Below the pieces are notes generated by a model. The model was not told the origin of the DNA and did no database searches. It saw only the letters and a list, made by a program, of their open reading frames with translations. Position numbers and translations under genes: made by a program. This document shows, one piece after another, positions 17,139 to 25,451 of a stretch of 55,695 nt of DNA (within the stretch, counting starts at the first letter, position 1; each line of letters begins with the position of its first letter). Source of the DNA: Candidatus Woesearchaeota archaeon (GTDB lineage: Archaea; Nanobdellota; Nanobdellia; Woesearchaeales; ARS49); contig JAWAAW010000004.1 of NCBI GenBank assembly GCA_038884975.1, forward strand, positions 1 to 55,695, in the 5' to 3' direction.

Positions 17139-17898
17139 ACCAGCTTCCTATCCACCTGAAAAACCTTTTGACTGCATTAGTGATTCCCCTTGTCACGCTT
17201 ATCCCTTTTGATTCCTCAAACTCAATTGGCAACGGCGGCCTTTCCTTTTGTTCTGCAGGCGGCTGTTCGGCAGGAGGCTGCTCTTCTGCCTTTGGTGCTG
17301 GTGGTTGTTCAACAGGCGGGGGCAAAGGCTGTGCCGGGGCGGTTGTGTTCTGCTGTACCGTGACGTTCTGAACAGGCTCCTCAGTGCTCTTAGCACCTTT
17401 ATACGTGCTGCACTGACAGCCTCCAAAACCCTGTGCGTTAGGCCTCGTGCAAATGCCAATGTTGCCTGCAGTGTCATAGCATATCTTGTCAGGAGGGTCG
17501 CATTGTTCACCTGCATCAAGCTTATGATTTCCGCACAAGGGTCCTGTTTGCTTGGTAGTGCTTGTTGTTGTGCTCGATGTTTTTCCAACGCATCTTCCTT
17601 CTTCGCACTTGGTGTAACCCTTGCGCTCACAATCAATGTCCTCATACCTGCGCTGCACTACATCACCAACCTTGCCGCAATAATATTCGCGCACAAACCT
17701 TCCTGTGTTCACGTGATAGCCGTCCTTTCCGCTCACGCACTCGTCAAACTTCTCTGTAAGCCCGTACGTGACAGAACCCTTTTCATCAATTGTCTTGTCA
17801 ATGTCGTCTTCTTCATCTGAGTCTATGCAGTCAACGGCAAAGACAGAACTTATGTTAAGCAATATGCAGAATAATGCAATAATTGCCAGTTTTCTCAT
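17131..17898 (-). CDS. secreted cysteine-rich protein A with proline-rich linker
   Basis: Signal peptide ..NISSVFA. Cys-rich modules including CGNHKLDAGEQCDPPDKIC, PPxEQPPA repeats, C-terminal tail KRFFRWIGSWFD. TATA attatttatataat lies about 20-25 nt upstream. Confidence 0.75.
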   Translation of the reverse strand: MRKLAIIALFCILLNISSVFAVDCIDSDEEDDIDKTIDEKGSVTYGLTEKFDECVSGKDGYHVNTGRFVREYYCGKVGDVVQRRYEDIDCERKGYTKCEEGRCVGKTSSTTTSTTKQTGPLCGNHKLDAGEQCDPPDKICYDTAGNIGICTRPNAQGFGGCQCSTYKGAKSTEEPVQNVTVQQNTTAPAQPLPPPVEQPPAPKAEEQPPAEQPPAEQKERPPLPIEFEESKGISVTRGITNAVKRFFRWIGSWFD

Positions 17899-18001
17899 AG
17901 CAAGGTTCTGAATGATTATTATATAAATAATTTACTAATACTTGCGAGTGCTGTTGGAGTGTCTTTGCTGTTTAAAGTCCCTTTCAACAAAATAATTAAG
18001 T

Positions 18002-18154
18002 TCACAGCGCAAGAACAAGTCCTGCTATTGCAACAACCACAACCATGCCAACTATTGCCGCGGGAATATGCCAGTCCTTTTGCTCCCTTTTCTTAAGGAG
18101 TTCTTTAATGTCATTCATTGTTGACTTCCTGACACGCACGTATTCCATTGTCAT
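18002..18154 (-). CDS. possible small single-TM protein (50 aa)
   Basis: Hand translation: MTMEYVRVRKSTMNDIKELLKKREQKDWHIPAAIVGMVVVVAIAGLVLAL. Charged N-terminus plus one TM helix. Only a weak TATA-like box upstream. Confidence 0.35.
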   Translation of the reverse strand: MTMEYVRVRKSTMNDIKELLKKREQKDWHIPAAIVGMVVVVAIAGLVLAL

Positions 18155-18291
18155 CAGGTTTGGAAGAACTGTCCTGTCCACGCTTTTATCCCTCTCTTTT
18201 TTGTCATCAATTGGTTACGCTGTGGTCCTATGCAGGCAAACAACTTGCTTTTAAGCATTATTGTCTGCCAAAATATATTTTAGAGGATTTA

Positions 18292-21200
18292 TTATGCCTT
18301 ATCAAAGTGCACCGAGAATCTCTTTTCCTTGACTTTTTCACTGCTTGAATGCGAGTGCTTCCTCGCAGGAGGCTGGTCAGACAGCTTCAATGCCTTTGCG
18401 CCAACTTTTTCCTTTATTGCGTCCACCCACGGCTCAAGCATTTTGATGAAGTCCTTGTCCATTTCAAGCAGGCAGACGATGTGGTCCCTCTTGTCCAAGC
18501 CCGCACCCTTCCTCAAAGCCTGCACCCTTCTCATGATTTCACGGGCATACCCTTCTGCCTCAAGCTGCTCATTCCTGGTTGTGTCAAGATAAACAACAAA
18601 GTCCTTTCCTTCAACCACTGAAATGTGATGTGGAACCTGCCTTTCAATGATAAAATGCTCTGCACCAAGCTCAACTTTCTCGTTGCCGATGTTTAGAGTG
18701 ACTTTCTTGTCTTTAGCCAATTCCTTAATGATGCTTTGGTCGCTCTCTTCTGCAATTTTTGCAATTATTTGCGGTGCCTTGTGCCCAAAATTCCTTCCGA
18801 TTGTTCCTTGGTTTGCTTTCACAATCTCCTTTATTTCTGCAAATTCTTTCCCTGAAATGATTTCCTTGGCATTGGTCTGCGTTTTAATAACGCCTTCAAG
18901 CATCCTGACCTGTTTCAACAATTCATCATTCGCGCTAACAACAAAAATGCCTTTTACTGGCCAGCGCAATGACAGCCTTGCCTTTTCCCTTGCCGCAAGC
19001 GACGCCTCAATAACCCTGCCTGCTGTCTGCATTGCAAGCTCAAGATCCTTGTTTATCTTTTTCTTGTCAGCAACAGGCCACTGGAACAAGTGTATTGATT
19101 CCTCCGGCAGTTTGAACTCCTTCCTAATGTTTTGGTACATTTGTTCCGTAATAAACGGCGCGACAATTGCAAACAATTTCATTGTTTCAAGCAGGACATG
19201 ATAAAGCGTGAATAAGACAACCTCTTTGTCATTGTCAGAGCCAACAGCCGCCTTTTCCCTGACCAGTTGCACGTAAGTCCTGCTTAGTTCAAGGAACAAT
19301 TCCTCAATGAGCGCAGGCACCTCGTTAATCAGGTATGCCTCCATTTTTTCAGTAACCGCATTGATTGTACTGTGAAGCTTAGAAACGATGTAATGCTCTT
19401 CCAGGGAGAACAGGGTTTCCATAACCGTTGGATCAAGGTCTGCAGGATTCTTGCCAATCGTCCTTGCAAGGTCAATGAGGTAGTTGTGAATGTTCCAAAG
19501 GATTATAAGATTCTTGTACTTGAGCTTTGCATCCTCGTGGTTGTAATTCAGGTCAATGCCGGGGTTTGCTCCCCCGATTGCATAAAACCTGAAAGTGTCT
19601 GCGCCATACTTGTCAATCACTTCCTTTGGCTCAATATAGTTGCCAAGTGATTTTGACATCTTCCTGCCAAGCGCGTCCTGCACAAACCCGTGCATGTAAA
19701 CGTTCTTGTAGCTTTGCCTGTCAAGGGCAAGCACTCCTGCGACCATTAATAAATTGAACCAGCCCCTTACCTGGTCCTTACCCTCAAGGATGAACTCTGC
19801 AGGAAACAACTGCTCAAACAAGTCTTTTCTGTGCGGATAATCAAGGCAGTTCCAGCTCACTGTGCCTGCATCAACCCACACATCAAGAATGTCAGGAATC
19901 CTTTGCTTTTTGCCGCCGCACTTGCACGGAATCTCGTGCCTGTCAATCCAGGGCCTGTGCAATTCCACAATTTTCTTTTTTGATTTTTCCTCAAGCTCAG
20001 AAACAGTGCTGATGACATCATAATCACCGCAGGATGCACACCTCCATATAGGCACCGGAGTTCCCCAGTAATTCTGTTTTGTGATGCTGTTATCCCTCAA
20101 GTTCCTGAGCCATGAATCAAATGCATTCCACGCCGCTTCAGGAACCCATTTTGAGTTTTTGTGGTACTCAATCATTCTTGGCTTCAAGTCCTCAACTTTG
20201 AAAAACCATTGTTTTGTCGTGCGATAAATAACAGGATTATGACACCTCTGACAGTGAGCGTACTCGTGCTCAACAGGCGCCTCTGCAATTAGCGCACACC
20301 TTTTTTTCAATGCTTCAACAAACTTTTTATCATCCTTTTTTGCAATCAGGCTTGAGAATTCTCCCATTGTTGAAGGGAACCTACCGTGCTCATCAATATT
20401 ATTCCAAGCAGGAATCTTGTTTCTGTAACCGACCTCGTAGTCTTCAGGACCGCAGCCAGGAGCGCAATGCACCAGTCCAGAACCAGCACTTGCATCAACA
20501 TACTCGGATGACAAGACAACAGTGTGAGTTCTTGGCGATTCTGACTTTATGCGTTTGTATTCCAAAATCACGTCCTCAAAAGGATGCACGTACTCAACAC
20601 CCTCCAGCCTGTTGCCCTTGAATTCCTCAAGAATCTTTGGAAATTCGCCAGCAATACCCTGCACGATTGCATTCGCAAGGGCTTTTGCAATAATCCACAC
20701 TTCATTCTTTACCTGCACCCTTACATAATCAAGGTCTGGATTGACCATTACTGCAAGATTAAACGGAATTGTCCAAGGCGTTGTTGTCCAGATGACAAGA
20801 AACTCGTTGGGCTTGTCCTTAATCCTGAACTTAACGAAGATTGAGTTTTCCCTTACGTTCTCGTACTCAAGCTCGTGCTTTGCAAGGTTTGTTTCGCAAT
20901 GCGCGCACCACGGCATTGTCCTCAAGCCCTCGTACAACCTTTCCTGTTCGTGCGCTTTCCTGATAAGCATCCATTCGCCTTCAATAAACTCCCTGCTGAT
21001 TGGTATGTATGCCCTGTCAAAGTCCATCCAGACCCCAAGGCGCTCAAAGTCCTTGTTCATCTGGTGCATCATTTCAACAGCAAACTGCTCACACTCCTTA
21101 TTGTATTTCTCAAGCCCGAATGCCTCAATATCCTTCTTTAGGAAAATCTTGTGTTTTTTCCTTATCTGGTTTTCAGTCGGCAGGCCATGCATGTCATACC

Positions 21201-21441
21201 CTGCCCTGTCCCAAACATCAAGACCCCTCATGCGCTTGTACCGCAAAACCATGTCCTTCAATGCCTTGTTCCACGCAGTGCCGATATGAACGTGTCCTGA
21301 CGTGTAAGGCGGACCATCAAGAAAATAATACTTCTTCTTTCCTGCATTTTTCTTTTTTGCCTTTTCGTAAACCTGCTCGCGCTCCCAGAACGTCATGACT
21401 GCAGGTTCTATTTTTGTTGGCTCATAAGTATTGATTGCCAT
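18292..21441 (-). CDS. ileS: isoleucyl-tRNA synthetase
   Basis: 1049 aa with HIGH motif (PPYTSGHVHIGTAWNK), KMSKS motif (GRKMSKSLGN), CP1 editing insertion and Zn-binding Cys pairs. Confidence 0.95.
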   Translation of the reverse strand: MAINTYEPTKIEPAVMTFWEREQVYEKAKKKNAGKKKYYFLDGPPYTSGHVHIGTAWNKALKDMVLRYKRMRGLDVWDRAGYDMHGLPTENQIRKKHKIFLKKDIEAFGLEKYNKECEQFAVEMMHQMNKDFERLGVWMDFDRAYIPISREFIEGEWMLIRKAHEQERLYEGLRTMPWCAHCETNLAKHELEYENVRENSIFVKFRIKDKPNEFLVIWTTTPWTIPFNLAVMVNPDLDYVRVQVKNEVWIIAKALANAIVQGIAGEFPKILEEFKGNRLEGVEYVHPFEDVILEYKRIKSESPRTHTVVLSSEYVDASAGSGLVHCAPGCGPEDYEVGYRNKIPAWNNIDEHGRFPSTMGEFSSLIAKKDDKKFVEALKKRCALIAEAPVEHEYAHCQRCHNPVIYRTTKQWFFKVEDLKPRMIEYHKNSKWVPEAAWNAFDSWLRNLRDNSITKQNYWGTPVPIWRCASCGDYDVISTVSELEEKSKKKIVELHRPWIDRHEIPCKCGGKKQRIPDILDVWVDAGTVSWNCLDYPHRKDLFEQLFPAEFILEGKDQVRGWFNLLMVAGVLALDRQSYKNVYMHGFVQDALGRKMSKSLGNYIEPKEVIDKYGADTFRFYAIGGANPGIDLNYNHEDAKLKYKNLIILWNIHNYLIDLARTIGKNPADLDPTVMETLFSLEEHYIVSKLHSTINAVTEKMEAYLINEVPALIEELFLELSRTYVQLVREKAAVGSDNDKEVVLFTLYHVLLETMKLFAIVAPFITEQMYQNIRKEFKLPEESIHLFQWPVADKKKINKDLELAMQTAGRVIEASLAAREKARLSLRWPVKGIFVVSANDELLKQVRMLEGVIKTQTNAKEIISGKEFAEIKEIVKANQGTIGRNFGHKAPQIIAKIAEESDQSIIKELAKDKKVTLNIGNEKVELGAEHFIIERQVPHHISVVEGKDFVVYLDTTRNEQLEAEGYAREIMRRVQALRKGAGLDKRDHIVCLLEMDKDFIKMLEPWVDAIKEKVGAKALKLSDQPPARKHSHSSSEKVKEKRFSVHFDKA

Positions 21442-21474
21442 TTTAGAACACCACCAGAAAAGGGGTATAAATAA

Positions 21475-21969
21475 TTAGCGAATAATCTGCCCTGCCTGTT
21501 GCTTTTGCGCAGATGACTTCTTTGGTGTTTGTGCAGGTGCATTTTTTGGCACAGCAGGCCTTGGAGCAACATGCCTTGCAACTGTGGTTTTGTCTTCAAC
21601 TGGCGCTGTTTTCTTTTCACCAGTTGCCTCTTTCTTCTCTTCAGGCTTTGCTTCTTGCTTCTTGTCGGTCTTTTTCTGCTCTTCCTTCTTTTCCTCTTTT
21701 GGAGCGCCAACCATTTCCACACTGACGATTCCCTTTTCATCCTTTACCACATTGACTTTTACTCTTGAAGGAGGGTTTTTAATCCCGTGACTCCATAATA
21801 TCAAGTTCAGGTATTTGCCAATCTTGATGTTCTCCATCTTGTCCACTTTCATATGGCGCATCAGAAATTCACGTATTGCCCTCACTGCCTTTTTGGCTCT
21901 CTTGTACTTCACTGTTTTAAGCCATTCCTTTCTTAACGGGATTATGTACGTTCTTTCTGTTATTGCCAT
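21475..21969 (-). CDS. rpl31e: ribosomal protein eL31 with a roughly 75-aa K/E/P/A-rich C-terminal extension
   Basis: The N-terminal ~90 aa (ERTYIIPLRKEWLKTVKYKRAKKAVRAIREF..LWSHGIKNPPSRVKV) match eL31. The remainder is low-complexity. Confidence 0.88.
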   Translation of the reverse strand: MAITERTYIIPLRKEWLKTVKYKRAKKAVRAIREFLMRHMKVDKMENIKIGKYLNLILWSHGIKNPPSRVKVNVVKDEKGIVSVEMVGAPKEEKKEEQKKTDKKQEAKPEEKKEATGEKKTAPVEDKTTVARHVAPRPAVPKNAPAQTPKKSSAQKQQAGQIIR

Positions 21970-21970
21970 T

Positions 21971-22144
21971 TTATACCTTCAATTTTTGCCTTCTCCACGA
22001 GCGCTTTACAAAAGTGTGCCTTCCCGGATGAACCCTTCTTCCCTTGCCGTATATTCTCGGCACTGTCCAAAAAGGGGCCCATTTTGTCTGCCTCATTCTT
22101 TTTGCAAGGCGCCTTTTTCTTGCAGGATGCTTGTATCTTGACAT
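21971..22144 (-). CDS. rpl39e: ribosomal protein eL39
   Basis: Hand translation, 57 aa (not in the ORF track): MSRYKHPARKRRLAKRMRQTKWAPFWTVPRIYGKGRRVHPGRHTFVKRSWRRQKLKV. Packed between eS19 (stop 22147) and eL31 (start 21969). Confidence 0.85.
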   Translation of the reverse strand: MSRYKHPARKRRLAKRMRQTKWAPFWTVPRIYGKGRRVHPGRHTFVKRSWRRQKLKV

Positions 22145-22146
22145 TT

Positions 22147-22866
22147 TCACACACCTTTTGGCGCTTCAGGCATTGCTGGCTGTGACTGTTGCGGTGCAGG
22201 AACCTGTTCAGAACCTTGCTGCTGAGGAGTTTCTTCTTTTTTCCTTCTTGGAGCACGCTTTTTCTTTGGTTTCTCTTCAGGTGGCGCGATTGGCGCTTCG
22301 CCTGCAGGCGCTATTGCAGCAGAAGCTTGTTCCTGTGTTGCTGGTTTCTTCCTTGCCCGCGGTCTTTTTGCTGACTTTTCCTTTTGAAGCTCAATGATTG
22401 TCAATTCTGTTTCCGGCTTTTTTGGCAGCACAATGTTCTTCTCCTTCATGTAAGCGTCAGAAATCTTGCCAAGGAACGAAAGACCCTGCGGGGTTATCGC
22501 ACGGCCCTTATGCAGTCCTTTCTCAATTTTTTTTGCAAATCCTGCCTCTTCCAATTGTTGCAGGATTTTCCTCAATATGTTTCCAGAACCCTTGTAAAAT
22601 CTTTCTGGCGCATGACCGCGATTCTTCTTGCTGCCATAAATTGTGCGAAGCTTTTGCACCCCAATCGGGCCCTTTGTATCACCCAGCCGCCTCAGGACTG
22701 CAGCTGCCCTAACAAACCACCAATCATCCCTTGTTGGCTGGCGCTGCTTTGCCATTCCTGTTTTTACAAACAACGCCCATTGCGGCGGTTTTATCGCGTC
22801 AATCTTTTGCAGTTCTCTGGCAGCCCTTTCAATGAGCTCGGTCTTTGGAATTTCGTAAATACCCAT
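22147..22866 (-). CDS. rps19e: ribosomal protein eS19 with a roughly 90-aa K/P/A/Q-rich C-terminal extension
   Basis: The N-terminal ~150 aa match eS19 (PPQWALFVKTGMAKQRQP..DWWFVRAAAVLRRL..GSGNILRKILQQLE). GAGGG Shine-Dalgarno about 8 nt before the ATG. Confidence 0.9.
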   Translation of the reverse strand: MGIYEIPKTELIERAARELQKIDAIKPPQWALFVKTGMAKQRQPTRDDWWFVRAAAVLRRLGDTKGPIGVQKLRTIYGSKKNRGHAPERFYKGSGNILRKILQQLEEAGFAKKIEKGLHKGRAITPQGLSFLGKISDAYMKEKNIVLPKKPETELTIIELQKEKSAKRPRARKKPATQEQASAAIAPAGEAPIAPPEEKPKKKRAPRRKKEETPQQQGSEQVPAPQQSQPAMPEAPKGV

Positions 22867-22881
22867 TATTTCCCTCTATAT

Positions 22882-22919
22882 GGCCTTGCGGCCTACATTG
22901 GACATCATCACGAATGTCC
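22882..22919 (-). promoter_or_regulatory. two hairpins in the ~55-nt 5' leader of the eS19-eL39-eL31 operon
   Basis: Read on the minus strand: GGACAT-8 nt loop-ATGTCC (22900-22919) and GGCC-GCAA-GGCC (22882-22893). The TATA box cctttttaaac (22946-22956) is 80 nt upstream of the ATG, unusually far for this window. Confidence 0.45.
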
Positions 22920-22971
22920 AGAATAATCAATGGGGAAAGCAGGATGTTTAAAAAGGTTTCTGTCAACCGGA

Positions 22972-23436
22972 CTAAATCCTGCTGATATTGGGATTATACC
23001 TTATAAGCCCCTGCAATATGTGCGCCCTTATTTGGGTATCAACATAATCATCATAATGAAATCCCTTTTCTGAAGCAATCATGTTTCCAAGGCAGTCTTC
23101 AAGTTTTTCTTCCCCTTTAGACAGGATTGGTGCAATCTTAAACAAGTGCTTCCTACCGTCCGCCAAAACAGGGTTTTGAGTTGAATTAAGCGCAATCCAC
23201 CAGCATACTTCTTCTCTTTTGTTGTTGCCGTCCTCAACAAGCAAAACACCTGCATAATTCTCGGCAATCCTGTCCTCATGCGTTATGAGCATTTCCTTGA
23301 CAGCTAAGTCTTTTGTTGGAAACCTCAAACAGTCAATACAGGGATTAAACCCAGGTCCATACACAAGCTCGCTAACAGGTGTTTTTATTTTTAGCAAATC
23401 AGAATATTGTAGTTTGTCAAGTTTTTGCATCGCCAT
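22972..23436 (-). CDS. hypothetical protein (154 aa)
   Basis: Clean ORF. Start placed at ATG 23436, about 25 nt downstream of actttataatt on the minus strand. No family recognised. Confidence 0.55.
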   Translation of the reverse strand: MAMQKLDKLQYSDLLKIKTPVSELVYGPGFNPCIDCLRFPTKDLAVKEMLITHEDRIAENYAGVLLVEDGNNKREEVCWWIALNSTQNPVLADGRKHLFKIAPILSKGEEKLEDCLGNMIASEKGFHYDDYVDTQIRAHILQGLIRYNPNISRI

Positions 23437-23514
23437 AAAAAACAGCAACCTGCCTGCTAATTATAAAGTTTGGCATAGTTAGTTTTTTATATAGCAGGAC
23501 TCAATGCCGTGATT

Positions 23515-25410
23515 ATGCCGTCTATCGTAGTGAATGGCAAGAAAAAACAGTATCCCGCGGCTGTATCCGGGATAGAGCTTGCAAAAGAAATGAAGTTAGA
23601 GGGCAAAGCCCTCGCAATGAAAGTAAACGGCGAGCTGAAAGACCTTTCTTCCAAAATAGAGAAGGACGCAGAAGTAAAGCTTATTACGTTTGATGATGCA
23701 GAAGGAAAGAATGTTTTCTGGCACACTGCAGCACACATCCTTGCGTGCGCAATCAACAATATGTATCCTGACGCACTAAACACGATAGGCCCTGCCATTG
23801 AGGACGGCTTCTATTATGACTTTGACAACTTGAAGATTACGGTTGCTGACTTTGAGAAAATAGAGATGAAAATGCGCGAAATCATAACAAAAAAACTGCC
23901 TTGCGAAAGAAAAGAGATGACTCTTGATGAAATAAACAAGATATTCATAGACAATCCTTACAAAAGGGAATTAGCAGAAGAATTCTCAAAAGACGGAAAA
24001 AAACTCACGGTCTACACTCTCGGCAATGAATTCCTTGACCTCTGCGAGGGACCACACCTCCCAGACACAGGATATGTAAAGGCAGTGAAGCTAATGACCA
24101 TCGCCTCGGCATTCTGGAAAGGTGACCAGAAAAACAAGCAATTAACAAGAATTTACGGCACTGCATTCCCTACCCAGGAAGAATTACGAAAACACCTTGA
24201 ATTACTGAAAGAACTTGAGCAAAGGGATCACAGAAAGCTTGGCAAGGACCTTGAATTGTTCACGTTCCACGAATGGAGTCCAGGAAGCCCATTCCTGCTT
24301 CCAAAAGGAACAATCATTTACAACGAGCTCCTGAAATTTTTAAGAGAGGAATACCGAAAAAGAGGCTATCAAGAGGTCATCACTCCGCAACTATTTAACA
24401 AGGCATTATGGGAAAAGAGCGGGCACTGGGAACACTTCAAGGAAAACATGTTCGTAATGGAGATTGACGGCGAGGAATTCTCGCTGAAACCAATGAACTG
24501 CCCCTCACACTGCCTGATTTATCTGCTCAAAAACCATTCTTACCGCGAACTTCCGCTAAGAATTGCTGACTTCTGCTTCATTCACAGGAACGAGCTGCGT
24601 GGAGTGCTTGGCGGAATGACCCGTGTCAGAAAAATGAGCCAGGACGACGCACACATTTACTGCGCCCCTGAACAAATACAGTCAGAAATAAAAAACCTTC
24701 TCGAGTTTGTCAAATACATTTATCACGACATCTTCAGGATGGAATACCACGCAAAACTCAGCACAAAGCCAGAAAAAGCAATGGGGTCTCCAAAACAATG
24801 GGAACAGGCAGAAGAAGCATTGAAAAAAGCGCTTGACGATGCAAAAATAAAGTATGTGCTGAAGCCAGGTGAGGGCGCGTTCTACGGGCCCAAGATTGAT
24901 TTTGACGTGAAGGACGCTCTTGGAAGGGACTGGCAGTGCGCAACAATACAGCTTGACTTCCAAATGCCGCAAAGGTTTGACCTCAAATACATGGCTCCTG
25001 ACAACACTCTCAAAACACCAGTGATGATTCACCGCGCAATACTCGGCACGCTGGAAAGATTCATCGGTGTGATTACAGAGCACTTTGCAGGCAAGTTTCC
25101 TCTCTGGCTTTCGCCTGTGCAGGCAAGAATCGTGCCGGTGTCTGACAAGTTCCTTGATTACGCAAGAAGCATTTATGCTGAATTCTTTAAGGCAGGAATA
25201 AGAATAGAGATTGATGAATCAGTTGAAACATTAAACAAAAAAATCAGAAACGCAGAATTAGACAAGGTCAACTACATACTTGTTGTTGGCGGAAAAGAGC
25301 AGGAAAACAAAACAATCAACGTGCGAACAAGAGACAACAAGGTAGAAGGCGAGAAAAAGCCGGAAGAATTCATTGAAAGAATGAAGAAGGAGATTGCTGA
25401 AAAGAAATAA
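23515..25410 (+). CDS. thrS: threonyl-tRNA synthetase (bacterial/eukaryal-type architecture: TGS, second additional domain, class II core, anticodon-binding domain)
   Basis: TGS-like N-terminus, HTAAHIL and CEGPH (SAD/editing Zn motifs), class II core (FRNE-type HRNELRG, GxGxGxxR-like), C-terminal anticodon-binding domain. ATG 23515 is about 25 nt after ttttttatata. Confidence 0.93.
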   Translation: MPSIVVNGKKKQYPAAVSGIELAKEMKLEGKALAMKVNGELKDLSSKIEKDAEVKLITFDDAEGKNVFWHTAAHILACAINNMYPDALNTIGPAIEDGFYYDFDNLKITVADFEKIEMKMREIITKKLPCERKEMTLDEINKIFIDNPYKRELAEEFSKDGKKLTVYTLGNEFLDLCEGPHLPDTGYVKAVKLMTIASAFWKGDQKNKQLTRIYGTAFPTQEELRKHLELLKELEQRDHRKLGKDLELFTFHEWSPGSPFLLPKGTIIYNELLKFLREEYRKRGYQEVITPQLFNKALWEKSGHWEHFKENMFVMEIDGEEFSLKPMNCPSHCLIYLLKNHSYRELPLRIADFCFIHRNELRGVLGGMTRVRKMSQDDAHIYCAPEQIQSEIKNLLEFVKYIYHDIFRMEYHAKLSTKPEKAMGSPKQWEQAEEALKKALDDAKIKYVLKPGEGAFYGPKIDFDVKDALGRDWQCATIQLDFQMPQRFDLKYMAPDNTLKTPVMIHRAILGTLERFIGVITEHFAGKFPLWLSPVQARIVPVSDKFLDYARSIYAEFFKAGIRIEIDESVETLNKKIRNAELDKVNYILVVGGKEQENKTINVRTRDNKVEGEKKPEEFIERMKKEIAEKK

Positions 25411-25451
25411 GCTTAAATATTGCCTTCCAATTATTCATTCTTGTGGGAGGG

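Noticed and set aside
18329-21398. Many plus-strand ORFs of 60-190 aa (for example 18647..19201, 20741..21289, 21000..21398) lie inside the IleRS gene. Similar antisense ORFs lie inside the VWA genes, polB, thrS and the exosome genes.
   Set aside because: They lie wholly within strongly supported genes on the opposite strand, have Ser/Leu/Cys/Phe-rich shadow-frame composition, and lack a TATA box or Shine-Dalgarno context.
21960-22256. The 98-aa minus-strand ORF from the track, between eS19 and eL31.
   Set aside because: It overlaps the eS19 C-terminus. A different frame in the same interval encodes a textbook eL39 (21971..22144) that fits exactly between the neighbouring genes.
22905-22911. 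GUGAUGA (minus strand) as a C box or k-turn of an sRNA upstream of rps19e.
   Set aside because: No D box (CUGA) follows, and the motif lies largely in the loop of the GGACAT/ATGTCC hairpin. It is treated as part of a structured leader instead.
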